From Octopus vulgaris (lineage: Eukaryota): a DNA stretch of 64,000 bases. The stretch covers positions 78,678,001 through 78,742,000 of the forward strand of contig OX597826.1 in the NCBI GenBank assembly GCA_951406725.2, in the 5' to 3' direction. The notes under the pieces are model-generated. The model saw only the letters and a program-made list of their open reading frames with translations. It made no database searches and was not told the DNA's origin. Shown in pieces: positions 25,156 to 38,158 of this stretch. Position 1 is the first letter of the stretch. Each line of letters opens with the position of its first letter. The position numbers and the translations under genes were made by a program.

Positions 25156-25652
25156 TATGAGGGTCGGCTGAAAAGTCCATAGGCTGAGCAAGACACTCTC
25201 AAGGAATGGGACCAAATGAAGTTCATCTTTTTAACGTAGTTCCTCTTACTGTCCACACACTTCCATAAGTAGTTGCAGTGCCTGGATTGCACTGGTGAAG
25301 AAGCTTTTCTGATGATCAAAATGGTCATCAACAACAGATAAGGCATTATCATCACAGGGATACTGGTGTCCAGCTGGGTGTTTTTCTATGTTGGGAAACA
25401 GATGATAGCCAGATGGAACCAAATCACTAAAATAGGAAGGGTGATCAACCAGTTCAAACCAGTCAGCCATTGAAACCAAAGACTTGTGTGCTGAAGCATT
25501 GTCCTAATAAAACAAGACCCCATTCATCAGTTTTTCTGAGTGTTTGGTCTTGATAGCCTTTCATAACTGCCTTAGCAAGTTGGCACTGAACTTTCCATTG
25601 ATGGTGTGATCATTTTAAAGATAATCAATAAACACAATATTTTTTTGCATTA
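25156..25652 (-). pseudogene. Mariner (DD34D) transposase C-terminal remnant with one TIR
   Basis: VFIDYL...HTING..ANLLRQL...GVLFY*DNASAHKSLVSMA..FELVDHPSYFSDLVPSGYHLFPN, matching HDNA and YSPDLAPSDY; terminus TATGAGGGTCGGCTGAAAAGT. Confidence 0.9.
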
Positions 25653-26629
25653 ACGTATATTATGTTTAATAATGTGAAGTATATTTTGCATATTAAAATG
25701 TTTAATTTTGGAAATATATCCAGTGGAGCAAATATAAGCAATAAAAATACAAATTGCAAGTATTTCAAAATGTGGCACACTACATGACGAAAACTAATAA
25801 AAAAGGAAGAAAATAGTGGTGCTTGTGTTCCAAAGGTACAATGCGAATGCTCAGGAGAAGGATAGAATGGAAGAAAGACAGAAAGAAAGAAAAGAAGGAA
25901 AAGTGAAAAGGTAAACCGGAGGTTTGAAGTGAGTGCTAGGCAGGAGACGAAACAAAATACATGTCTTACCTATGCAATGGTCATGTAGAAAAGAGATGAT
26001 TGATAAAAAATTGGATGGTCTTTTGGTACGAAAAAGCGAAGAGAGACAGAGCAGAGTAGAGAAGTTTGGGAAAGAGCAAGTACGAAGAAAGGGAGAGTGG
26101 AGAGAAAAAAAGGGAATAAAGATAGAGTAGGTAGTTGACAGAGATGGACAGAGGAAGAAACGGAAGGCAGTAAAGAGAGAAAGGCAGCAGACAGGTAGAG
26201 AGGCAGATAGAAATAGATGGGGAAGATTTTGTGCACAAGAAGAGAGAGGAGGAGGATAGAGAAATGGATAGAAAAGAGAGCAAGTCTTGCACAAAATATT
26301 GAACACAGTGTGGGGTACCAATGAGTGGGAACAGAAGTGGTGGACTATATTGACTAATAACCATAAAATGTTGCACAGAAAGTCGACATGTATATATATA
26401 TATATAGAGAGAGAGGGGGGGGAGAGGGGGGGAGAGGGGGGGAGAGAGAGAGAGAGAACACCTAGCATTGTCGGTGTTCTAACAGCTTCTGTCATATCTA
26501 ACGACAATTATAGTTTTCCATTTTTGTGATTCATTGCTAAACCGCTGCCTAATTTAATTATATATATATAATTAGTATATATATATATATTTATATATGA
26601 GCACCATGCAACTAGGACCCTCACAATCG

Positions 26630-27100
26630 CCTCTTCAAACGCTTATGCTAGGTTACACCAAAAGTGGGGATATTTCGGGACAAACATTGTCCCCTACAAT
26701 TTCTGGTCCTCTATAAAGCTTGGATGAGACGTACAATGAAGTTCTGCTCCCGTATGTGGGACAATGTTGCAGTTGCTATTCCCATAGACATCATAGACCA
26801 CATCCAGAGAAAGATCCCCCACCCTTGGCCCACAGACACACACACACACACTCTCTCTCTCTCTCTCTCTCTCTCTCTTCAGTCGATATGACAATAACCT
26901 TTTCTCACCGAGTTAGTCGTCTGCCAACCTCCAATCAGACACTTGATTCATCTGTCTCTTCACTACCCATGTTGTGCCCCCTCAGACCCCACAACATCTA
27001 ATTCTTTTCCTCCAAAACTACTCTTGAATTCTCCTCCTACTCTTGCCTTTCTAATCGTCGTTCTGTTTAAACACTTTAAACAGAACCCTAATAACATCAC
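26630..27100 (+). pseudogene. CR1/L2/Jockey-group LINE C-terminal fragment
   Basis: LQFLVLYKAWMRRTMKFCSRMWD...IDHIQRK and SNSFPPK..LNSPP..F....FKQN resemble LYKA.IRP.MEYCS..W / SF.PRT..LWN.LP...FK. Confidence 0.7.
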
Positions 27101-28149
27101 CGTCGTTCGTCTCAGTGAGTGTTCAATTTAAAATGCGAAAACCACGGACAATATCCCTACTTCCAGACACAACAAATAAAAAATATATAATTTCACAGCT
27201 ATTACCAACACCGTGTACAATCTTACCCAAAAAAGAAAATTTATATTCAGATAGTAACGTTAGTGATTTTCTAATGACATTCAATTAAATTATTGAATTT
27301 ATCTTCTCTTTATTAATAATTATCATAATAATGATGAAGAATTCACAACGTATTTATAAAAACGTTCCAATAAAAGCGTTCATTATTAATACACATAAGT
27401 AAATATAAATATATTTCACTATTGTATTCGTTTAATAATATTCATTTCTAAATCAGTAACAATACTCAGTACAATACATACGGTATGGTGATGTATTAAT
27501 ACATTTAAAACGAACATTTCCAATTATTATATGTCAGTGGCAAAACTAATTCCATTATGTAGTATTTATGTGGTTAGATTCCAGTTTCTGTTTAGTAAGA
27601 TATAATGTATTACTTCTCTTAAACCTCTATTATTACTAAAAACCACAAACAAAACTGCCATGAATCGTCCTCTCAGTTTTTAGAGGTATAATACATTATG
27701 GTGGCTGGCGAAAGCCATAAGAAACATTGTAAAAAATTATTTAAAAACGCTGTATTATGTAAAAACATTTAAAGAGAATCACGGCAATCATTATATGTCT
27801 GGAGAAAGAGCCTAGTTTATGTGATTGCGTGGTAATGGCCCATGTCTAGTGCGGTAATATGTGATATATTTTTTTTCACAAACCTCTATTATTACTAAAG
27901 AACACCAGTAAATATCAGTATAATATTCAGTCTATGATTTGTTTTTTTTTTTAAAGATATAACAATATATGCTAACTGGGTAAAAATCACAAGGAAAAAC
28001 ACATCGAATAAGCATATGTAAGAAGAAAGAAAAAAAAAACAGTTAAATTTTATTGTTGCAATCATTAAACGTCTGTAGAAGCAAAAAGTGCAGTTCTGTT
28101 ATATTTAAGTAATTATGTGATGAGTCAATCTAGATTCAGTAGAGTTACG

Positions 28150-28179
28150 AATATATATATATAGACATACATATATATG

Positions 28180-28245
<66 letters not shown>

Positions 28246-28427
28246 ATCATATATATATATATATATCATATATATATATAATCATATATATATATATAAT
28301 ATATCATATATATATATATACACATATAATATATATCATATATATATATAATATATATCATATATATATATATATATATATATCATATTTATATATATAT
28401 ATAATATATATATCATATTTATATATA

Positions 28428-28471
<44 letters not shown>

Positions 28472-28475
28472 TATA

Positions 28476-28541
<66 letters not shown>

Positions 28542-28582
28542 TATATATACTATTATATATAATATATATATATATATATATA
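28150..28582. repeat. Long interrupted (TA)n tract
   Basis: Directly visible. Confidence 0.95.
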
Positions 28583-28800
28583 GTTAATCCAAACAAGAAA
28601 GCACAAAATAACACAATAACCCGAGGACGTGGGACAAATATAGTATTATTGGACGCTCAGGATAGAAGGAAAGATGGAGGGTTTAACGTTTCGAGCGTAG
28701 CTCTTCGTCGGAAACATAGGAGAAGGAAAGATCCAGAGAAGGGAAGACAGAGGAAAAAAATCCCCAACGGTACACACGAGGTCACATTTTGAAATAGATA
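28583..28800 (-). mobile_element. ~215-bp non-coding element in (TA)n carrying a minimal hammerhead-like motif
   Basis: Sharp boundaries with TA repeats; motif at 28681-28715. Confidence 0.65.
28681..28715 (-). ncRNA. Minimal hammerhead-like motif, CCGACGA core variant, loopless stem III
   Basis: Minus strand: gttt-CCGACGA-a-gagc-tac-gctc-GAAAC-GTT-aaac; stem III is the palindrome ACGT. Confidence 0.55.
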
Positions 28801-28825
28801 TATATATGATATATAATATTATGTA

Positions 28826-29022
28826 TGTGGTAAGTAGCTTACTTACCAACCACATGGTTCCGTGTTCAGTCCCACTGCGTGGCTCCTTGGGCAAATGTCT
28901 TCTACTATAACATTGTGAGTGGATTTGGTAGACGGAACCTGAAAGAAGCCCGTTGTATACTTTGTGTGTGTGTGTGCGTGTTTTTGTGTTTGTGTTTGTC
29001 CCACCACTATCACTTGACAACC
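28826..29022 (+). mobile_element. Family B SINE 5' part
   Basis: TGTGGTAAGTAGCTTACTTACCAACCACATGGTTCC...; truncated by the next element. Confidence 0.8.
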
Positions 29023-29032
29023 GAAAATTCGT

Positions 29033-29654
29033 GTTTTTTTTTTCGTGGTTTGGGTTTAACTGCCCTTTTTAGCATGTAAGACATCCTGTCGAAAGTCTTC
29101 TCTCCATGTATAAATCACTATACACTCCTATATAAAATAATCTATGTCGTATGACTTTTATTACGCATGCGAACCACTGGTAATAGATTATTTTAATTTT
29201 TCACCCTTATACTTATGCAGTAACATTTTCCAATTGTTAGGCCATATAGTACACAGCTTAAATTATTTATTTACTGCTGTGCTACTCTGACTACTCTCGA
29301 GCACTAAGTTTGAATCAATAATGTATAAAGACGGAGCTGTTTTGCGCATGTGTTTACCTCGTACGTATTACAGCTACATAATTATGCATTTTTTAGCAAC
29401 CCTACTGACTCATTATTAATGACCAAATTAATTTATTTGGTCATTAATAGCGAAACTCGAGTACATGGTTAACTATTTTTTTTCTTGGTTTGGGTTTAAC
29501 AGCCCTTTTTAGCATGTAAGAAGCCCTGTCAAGGGCCTTCTCTCCCTGTATAAATCTTTATACACTCTTATATAAAATAGTTTATGTCTTATGACGTTTA
29601 TTACGCATGCCAACCACTGGTAATAGATTGTTTTAATAATTTACTTATGCAGTA
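29033..29654 (+). mobile_element. Non-coding element with ~185-bp diverged direct repeats (~440-bp period) around a decayed hammerhead
   Basis: GGTTTGGGTTTAAC..CCCTTTTTAGCATGTAAGA...CTTATGCAGTA at about 29047-29222 and 29487-29654; (TA)n follows. Confidence 0.75.
29398..29470 (+). ncRNA. Decayed type I hammerhead motif
   Basis: aacccta-CTGActca-[16-bp hairpin ttattaatgaccaaat/atttggtcattaatag]-c-GAAAC-tcga-GTA-catggtt; stem III palindrome ACTCGAGT; first core half mutated. Confidence 0.6.
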
Positions 29655-30126
29655 TATATAATATATATACACATATATATGTGTATATATATACATATAT
29701 ATATATATAATATATATTTATACATACACACATATATATATATATATATATATAAAATATATATATATGTATGTATTTATATATATATATATATACTTCT
29801 TCACTCAAAACTCTTATTTTGATACTTATATATAAAAAATTGAATTCCCCAATGATGAAAAAAAGAACATAGATATTATCAGTGTATTAGCCTTTTTTTA
29901 GATGTACTAAAGCCATGACAAAATAACTCACAATAAAAAGAAACAGTCAAAGGAACAAGTTCCAAATTCGTAGAAAAAGTCAAACTCAATTATTTCAGAG
30001 TTAAGAGTCGAAGAGTTTAGAACTAATGGTATAATAAGTGGATCAGTTATACCATTTTTTAATATGATGTATTGTAGTGAGATATATGGAGTAAAAAGAA
30101 GACCAGTAATTACAATACGCCTGTAG

Positions 30127-30171
<45 letters not shown>

Positions 30172-30301
30172 TATATATATGTATGTATGTATATATATGT
30201 AGTAAGAAGAGGAGCAATCATTACATATGTTTTAATATGTATAGTAGTTATATATATACTTAGTAAGAGGAACAGTTATTCCAATATATAATAATAGTAG
30301 T

Positions 30302-30838
30302 AATAAAAGAAGGGTAAAGATACCGCTTGCTAAAAATGAAAGCGAAAGCTTCAAAATACCACCAATTCTACGATAAATACACACACGAGCAATGCAATGG
30401 ATATTTTTAAAAATAGGCCTACCTTCAGGATGGAATTTGAAGGTAGTTTGCATACCCCAATATCAACTTGATTTCATGCTGTGCATGAGAAAACGTGCCT
30501 TGCACTCATCAGTTGGAGACGGTATTTAACATCTATTTCTAAAATATTCATTGCGTCAACTCGTGTGCCTTTCTGACTTTAAACGTCCCATTCCGTTTAA
30601 AGGGAAAAACTATTGTAAACAATAAAAAAGTAAATATATGAAATACTATTACTGTTAAAAACAGTAATAATGATATTGGGGCATGTAAGCTACCTTCAAA
30701 TTCCATCCTGAAGGTAGGCCTAATTTTTTTTAATATCCTTTGCGTTGCTCGTGTGTGTATTTTATCGTAAAATTGGTGGTTTTTTGAAGCTCTCGCTTTC
30801 ATTTTTAGCAAGCGGCATCTTTACACTTCTTTTATTCA
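30302..30838. repeat. ~165-bp diverged inverted repeat (30302-30465 / 30671-30838)
   Basis: TAGGCCTACCTTCAGGATGGAATTTGAAGGTAG and its reverse complement, collinear over both arms. Confidence 0.9.
30455..30518 (-). ncRNA. Type I hammerhead ribozyme motif, canonical core, AUA triplet
   Basis: Minus strand: ctccaa-CTGATGA-gtgc...gcat-GAAAT-caagttg-ATA-ttgggg; 6-bp stem I (one G-U); stem III ATCAA-G-TTGAT. Confidence 0.7.
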
Positions 30839-31194
30839 TATTATACCTGTTTAGGTAGAAGTCTTGCTAGCCACCTCGTTATTATTGTTTTTAACAGTAA
30901 TAATACTTCATCATATTGACTTTTTTATTTGGAGTAATATATATTTATACATATATATATATAAGAGGAACAGCCATTACAGTATGCGTGTGTGTGTTTA
31001 CGTCGTAGTTATATATATAAACAATAAGAAGGTGAGCAATTATTTTCTATACAGTAATCTCTCGACTATCGTTGATGTTACGTTCTAAACCCTCCCACAG
31101 AAATAATTAAAATCTAAAAAAAAATGAATACTTATCGGCCGCAGAAACCCGCGATATAGATTGACTGTATATATTCTAATGTATAGTAGTAATC

Positions 31195-31352
31195 TTTATG
31201 TTCTGAGTTCAAATTCCGCCGAGGTCGACTTTGCCTTTCATCCTATCGGGGTCGATAAAATAAGCACCAGTTGATCATTGGGGGTCGATGTAATTACCTT
31301 ACCCCTTTTCCCGAAATTGCTGGCCTTGTGCCACTTTAAATTTGAAACCAAT
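31195..31352 (+). mobile_element. Family A SINE, 5'-truncated
   Basis: Family core intact. Confidence 0.8.
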
Positions 31353-31559
31353 ATACAAAAGTAATATGTATTTAGTAGGAAAACGAGGAGGTGTTACAAT
31401 ATATATTTTGATATATTGTAGTAACAGATATATGTAGCATGAAGTGAAATTATTGCAAAGACATAAAGGTTCATGCGAGCTATCAACTACAATGCTACAA
31501 AATTTATTGATAATACAGATATAGCCCATAATTTTATGCTTTCATGCAATGATCTCCGT

Positions 31560-31830
31560 ATTCTTATTTTTCGTTTGATCCTTAACAAGTAGAATTTCCA
31601 TTAAATTAGTCGAACATCAAAGATCTCTATGTTCCCAGTATAAGTCTTTGCTTTAACCAATACCATTCATACCAAATTGTAATGTGTATTTGGTTTCTTT
31701 CGGCTGCCGTCAATATCCTAATAAGGACGTAGCATTTTTCAAGCAGGGTTTCTGAAAAACGTATGTCCTGAAAGTATTGCACCTCGGCTTATTTGCGGTG
31801 GATGCCTTATATAAAGTATTAATTCTAATT
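31560..31830 (-). pseudogene. Possible R4-like LINE remnant (zinc-knuckle region)
   Basis: Traces of the EG.I...QD and C...ET..HI..G...L....Y spacing across frameshifts; heavily decayed. Confidence 0.3.
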
Positions 31831-32274
31831 AGATATTTATAGAGAACTTCCTTAATTAAGTATTAATTAAGTAACTTGAGTAAAGTATAATTCAGTTTAG
31901 CAAAATTAGATAAAACTGTCTTCTGATTTCTGTTCAATGTATAGGATAGTATTAAAATATTTCTGTTGATATTTTATTGTATTCGTGTTGTGGGGAAAAC
32001 GCCTCAGTAATGAAAAATATCTTCGCAACGAGAGCAACCACTTCAGAATTGTGAGGAGGATTTTACAGGAAAATATTCCTACAACTATTTCTACTAACTT
32101 TAATCAAATGAAATTTTACAAGGCTTCACTATATTACCAGAAATAGTCACTACAAATTCATAAGCTGATATGCGAGACATTTGGAGACATATGTTTGTAA
32201 CTAAATTTTTAATTATTGAGCAAGGGTGACTAAGATTCATTAATATTATTTAATGACTCATTAAGTTAATATTG

Positions 32275-32485
32275 ATTGCAAACTTTGGCACAAGGCCCAC
32301 AATTTCGAAGGACGGAGTAAGTCGATTATATCGACCCTAGAGCTCAACTGGTACTTATTTTATCGACTCCGAAAGGATGAAAGGCAAAGTCGAACTCGGT
32401 GAAATTTAAGCACAGAAAGTAAAGACGGACGAAATGCTGCTAAGCATTTTGTCCGGTGTACTAACAATTCTGTCATTTCACCATC
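32275..32485 (-). mobile_element. Family A SINE
   Basis: CTGGTACTTATTTTATCGACTCCGAAAGGATGAAAGGCAAAGTCGA core. Confidence 0.8.
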
Positions 32486-33282
32486 TTCGACTCTCACTAA
32501 AATTGTTGGACTTGGGCCTCAATTTTTTTTCATAACTTAATTAAAAGAACTCAATCAGTCATCAGAACCTAATCATGAATTGGCAAGATCTACGAATAGC
32601 TTCCTGTCATACACCATAAGAGTGAGCTGTTATAAGGAGTATTTTAGAGGGCCATTCTTCCATTCTGAGAGAGGAAAAGTACAAAAACAAATTTGAAACC
32701 TTGAAAAGGTTCATTGAAGTGATTCTAATTTGTCTAGATCTATACTCTAACTTATATTTATCGAGTATTCAATAGTGGTCTTCGTAGCTATTCAACTAAG
32801 AGTATCCTACATACGTGTTTGTGTGTGTGTGTGTGTGTACTGTAAAGAAAGTTATATGAAAAAAGCATATTGCATAATACAACTGAAGAGCAATATACAG
32901 ACACGTGTGTTCTTCACTAAATACACGACTATGCAATTGTTTTATCTTTTTTATTTAATACTTTTCATATTTTCTCATTAGCTTTTTACTGTTGCTTTGC
33001 AACAGAAGACTTCCTAAATGCATATCCAACATTCCTAGACATTCACAGCCTCATTATCAGGAATTGAATTGAATATATTTGCTATTTGTGTTTCTTTCAT
33101 CGTTGATTGAATCCGTGTAGACTTTCCCGCCTCTGTTTCGTTAACCGTCAGCGTTGAGCCTCCACAGTCATGTGTTCATTTCTAGGCTGCAATCACATTG
33201 TGGCAGTTTTATACTATTAGTGTTATCCACGGATTAATGTTTTTGATGGTTGTGTTTGCACCTTGTTCTTTTTTTTTTATCT

Positions 33283-33534
33283 TTTATTTGTTTCAGTCAT
33301 TAGACAGCGGTCATGCTGGGGCACCGCCTTGAAGAAATTTTAGTCAAATGAATCGACCAAAGTACTCATTTCTTTTTTGTTTTTTGTGTGTGTTTTTTTT
33401 TTTTTGTAATTATGGTACTTATTCTATCAGTCATTTTTGCCAAACCGGTAAGTTACAGGGACATAAACACACCAATACCGGTTGTCAAGTGGTTGTGGGA
33501 GACAAATACAGACACAAAGACACACACATACATG

Positions 33535-33584
<50 letters not shown>

Positions 33585-33667
33585 CATATATATATATAAT
33601 TATATACATATATATATATTATTTATATTATTATTTAATTGAACGCCACGCATCCATTTCCACGTAA

Positions 33668-33714
<47 letters not shown>

Positions 33715-33868
33715 CGGGCTACTTTCAGATTCCATTTACCAAATCCATCCACAAGGCTTTGACCAACCTGAGTCTATACCAAACGACACTAGCGCAAGGT
33801 GCCACGCAGTGGGACTGAACCCGGAACCATGTGGTTGGGTATTAAGTTTGTTACCACACTGCCATGTC
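33283..33868 (-). mobile_element. Family B SINE with expanded internal (TA)-rich tract
   Basis: Tail at 33283-33520, head at 33713-33868, about 190 bp of mostly microsatellite in between. Confidence 0.8.
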
Positions 33869-34837
33869 TGTTAATTTTGTCATTGTATTGCTATATGAGT
33901 ATGGCTTTCACACTTAGTCTTCTTTCGTGTGTGTATGTGGGGGGGTTCTATAACGTATAATTATTTTCCTATATAATTTCGTTTTGTGGTGCTTGGTGTA
34001 ATGATGTACTATAGCTCCATGCTGCAAGTTCATGGTGTATTTACACAAGCAGTCACCGAGCAATACGAAACATGCTGTCCTCCACAAAAGTACATCGGCT
34101 CATATGAATTTCCGTATGTAATAGAAACATATCCTGCAATTTATACAGAATGGTAGCAAAATACTTCAGTAAGGTATTAGAATATGTAACAGACTGTTTA
34201 TAAACAGCCTATTTAGACCAAACACAAAACAAAGGTCATGCGATATAATATTTCGCATTCAATGAATGTTAACTCGATTGGGAAAGTTTTTCGTGCATAT
34301 TTTTGAATTTCGCTCACTTCACGGATATAAATTCGGAGAAATCTTTAACCTAAATTCACCCAAAATAAGCTACTCAACACCATTCTCCATAAATAATAGA
34401 ATATATTGAATAATTCAAATTACAAATTATGAATAATTCAAATAATGAATAATTCAAATAACATTAACACTTCAAAATGCAATTGCCGTTCTCAAAATGA
34501 CTGTCCAGTCAATAGCAATTGTCTCGAAAATCCATTACCTATGCAACCATTGGCACTTTTAGCATTAATCGGAAAGGCATAAGTTACTTCGGATTAGCAG
34601 TAAATTCGATTAAACTACCTGTATACTCACACTTTTACAAGTTTAAAGACATGATACGGTACTTACACTTAGTACTTGAAAAATTACATCGTAACTCTCA
34701 ACACAATTGACTATTTACGATGTATTTTGAAGTAAAAAGTGCGGAGCTGCTTCCCTCTGCTGTCATCGCTGAAAGAGTTGAAGCAGGGTTTACTTGAAGA
34801 ATGGTTCGAAATTTCCCTGAGAGCTCTGTATTAAATA

Positions 34838-35190
34838 CTAGCAGTTAAGCCCGGTTTCACTCGGTCTGTTTGGATGATGTGGGTGTGATCGCTTTCGGTT
34901 AGGTATAATCTATAACAGCGTTTTTCAACCTGATCATTTCGGGTCCCCTGTTTCGATTGGAGCCTCCAGCAGTATGAAAATTTCTTCCCCCACCCCTGTT
35001 AGAAAACAGCTTCAGATCGATTTTTTCAGTAACTATGGGGGCTAGGGGAAAAAATGCAAACTGCATTTCACTCTATGCACCCGTCTCCACATGTGTGCCA
35101 TTTTTCACGCGAATCCACCCAGCCATTTGGCTGTGAACCTCAAGACAGGAAAGAATACAACGCTCGTCCATATCCAATTTATATTATAGA
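34838..35190 (-). mobile_element. Non-autonomous Helitron-like element
   Basis: Minus strand starts A|TCTATAATATAAA and ends CCGAGTGAAACCGGGCTTAACTGCTAG|T: 5'-TC, 3'-CTAG, subterminal GC hairpin, A|T target. Confidence 0.65.
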
Positions 35191-35359
35191 TTAAAACTTC
35201 CATTTAACGAGTGTTTTCATTAATTAATTCCACGCCTGTACATAAGCACGTACATATAAAAAATATGATCTTTTTTCGCATGCAATAAATCAATAACCCG
35301 CGTGTTTTCTGTACCGATAACCATAACATTTAAGCTATTTGATTGGGCCCTGGGTGGGT

Positions 35360-35552
35360 TCTGGCAGAATCGTTAGCAGGCTGGGCAAAATGCTTAGCGG
35401 CATTTCACCCGTCTCTAAGTTCGAATTCGATCGAGTTCGACTTTGCCTTTCATCCATCAGGTATCGATAAATTAAAGTACCAGTCAAATACTGGGGTCGA
35501 AATAATCGACTCGCTCATTCCTTTAGAATTACCCACCTTGGACCAAAATTAG
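35360..35552 (+). mobile_element. Family A SINE
   Basis: CTGGCAGAATCGTTAGCA head and core. Confidence 0.75.
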
Positions 35553-35589
35553 AAATATTTCCATTTAGGTGTTTTATTCTGCTGCAGCA

Positions 35590-35848
35590 ATTGTTGTTGT
35601 TGCTGCTGCGGTTGCTGCTGCTACTGCTGCTGCTGCTGCTGCGACTGCTGCTACTGCTGCTCTTGTCGTTGCCCTTCGTCGCTCCTTCCGCCGTTGATAA
35701 TCTTGCTTTTATTTCCGCTCGGGTGCTTTATAACTACTACTGCTTCAAATACGATACATAGCAACAACAGTAGAAGTAGTACTTGTTGATGTTGTTGTCG
35801 TTGATGATGACGACGATGATGATGATGTGATGATGATGATGATGCTGT

Positions 35849-35879
<31 letters not shown>

Positions 35880-35987
35880 AGGACGACAATGATGATGATG
35901 ATGTTGATGATGATGGTGATGATGATGATGGTGATGACGATGATGATGGACGATGGTGATGGTGTGACGATGATGATGATGATGACA

Positions 35988-36052
<65 letters not shown>

Positions 36053-36080
36053 AGGAGAAGGAGGGGGATGGTGATGATGT

Positions 36081-36113
<33 letters not shown>

Positions 36114-36169
36114 CGACGATGATGATGATGATGAGGAGGAGGAGGAAGAGGGGGATGGTGATGATGACA

Positions 36170-36201
<32 letters not shown>

Positions 36202-36295
36202 GGTGATGGTGATGATGATGATGACGATGATGGTGATGACGATGATGATGATGATGATGATGATGACAATGATGATGATGACGATGAAGATGATA

Positions 36296-36327
<32 letters not shown>

Positions 36328-36560
36328 CGCTCTTATGATAACAGTGGTGGTGGTCGTGGTCATCATGTCAATACTGATCATAGTAGTGATGATGACGATG
36401 ATGATGGCGGCGGCAGAAGTGGATGCTGGTGGTCGCGGTGGTGGCGGCGGTGGCGGCGGTAGTGGCGGCGGTGGCGGTGGCAGTGATGGTGGCCGTGATG
36501 ATGGTGGTGTTGACTATGATGGCGACATTAATGACTCTGATGGTGATCGTGATGACAATC
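35590..36560. repeat. Compound trinucleotide region: (GCT)n, long (GAT)n, (GGC/GGT)n
   Basis: Directly visible; yields poly-M/D/H/S/I ORFs. Confidence 0.9.
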
Positions 36561-36825
36561 TTGTCGGTGCGCGGTAAACGCGGTACAGTTATTATTATTT
36601 TGCCCACAGGTCTTTCGTTTCCTATTTGCGTTCTGTGAATTAATAGAAAACAGTACACACATTCCAGGCGATTCATTACCAAAGTGCAGCACCATGCACA
36701 CAAACACACATACAAATACGCATGCACACACTCACACATACATGCATATATATTCATATACACATACACGAACGATGTACACTTCTTTGTTTCACGCACA
36801 TGGTCAATGGATTGCAGAACTCTTT

Positions 36826-37177
36826 TATTCTTTTACTCTTTTGCTTGTTTCAGTCATTTGACTGCGGCCATGTTGGAGTACCGCCTTTAATCGAGCAAAT
36901 GGGAGCCTAGAACTTATTCTATCGGTCTTTGTTCCCGAACCGTTAAGTTACGGGGACGTAAACACACCACTATCGGTTGTCAAGCGATGCTGGGAGGGGG
37001 ACAAACACAGACACACAAACATATACACACATACATATATATATGTACATATGTACGACGGGCTTCTTTCAGTTTCCGTCTACCAAATCCACTCACAAGT
37101 CTTTGGTCGGCCCAAGGCTATATATAGTAGAAGATACTTGCCCAAGGTGCCACGCAGTGGGAACGAACCCAGAACCA
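36826..37177 (-). mobile_element. Family B SINE
   Basis: Reverse complement of 38159-38592, lacking the first ~40 nt. Confidence 0.85.
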
Positions 37178-37534
37178 TTTAGGTATGTTCCTTTACTTTT
37201 TGAATTCAAATCTCGCTTAGATCGACTTTGTATTTTACTCTTCCAGCCGTGATCCAGATTCCAAAACATGATTCCTTTTCTTCTTCGAGACAGTGATCTA
37301 AGACTGCATCTTATATAACTTGTTTTTTTTTGCGAGCTGCCATTGTCACCACCTCCACCGCCACTGTCACCAATACCAGCAGTAGCAGTACTACCACCAC
37401 CACCACCACAACCACACCTTCTGCCACCATCATCATCTACGACGACCAGCACTAATACGACGAGTCATGGCTGTGTGATAACTACGTTGTTTTAGAATTC
37501 GATCCAACCGCGCCACAGCACCTCCAGGAAATAC

Positions 37535-37752
37535 CCATTTCTTTACTGCCCACAAGGGGACAAACAAGGATAGACCAAACGGATTAAGTCGATTATATCA
37601 ACCCAAGTGCGCAACTGGTACTTAATTTATCGACCCCGAAAGGATGAAAGGCAAAGTCGACCTCGGCGGAATTTGAACTCAGAACGTAGCGGCAGACGAA
37701 ATACCGCAAAGCATTTCACCCGGCGTGCTACCGATTCTGCCAGCTCGCCGTC
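37535..37752 (-). mobile_element. Family A SINE
   Basis: Core, head and tail collinear with 350-580. Confidence 0.85.
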
Positions 37753-38158
37753 AATACCGCACACTGAATGAAACCTCGTAACTGCCAATGTTTTACGAAT
37801 CAAATTTTGCAGATGGAAATTGTGTGGAATCCTGTCAGAAGGATCGTTCCTGTTTGTGGATTGCAGATTTCACCTGCCACCCAGTTTAACATCATACCTC
37901 AGCAAAATCCATTTTTAGTTTTAAAAAATTCAGGGTATATCACCGCTCTGGGGGTTAACTTCCTTCCTTCATTCCATCAGTCTCGAATGACCTTAAAAGC
38001 GTGATTGATAAGTTCTTACTCGTGTGGTTTAGTGATAAAAAGTATCGGTCAAGTTTGGAACCGGTACAACGAATATAATCCTGAAAGCCTCGCCTTTGTC
38101 TGGTCGCTAAAATCACCGATAAAAGAATACATCTCAATGTACAATCGAAAGATGCATA

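Noticed and set aside
27621-28085. Old ~260-bp tandem similarity (AAACCTCTATTATTACTAAA twice)
   Set aside because: Probably real but highly decayed, with no sign of function.
35737-36577. Poly-His/Ser/Met/Gly ORFs suggesting a transcription-factor exon
   Set aside because: Open in several frames on both strands because of (GAT)n and (GGC)n; no domain or clear splice context.
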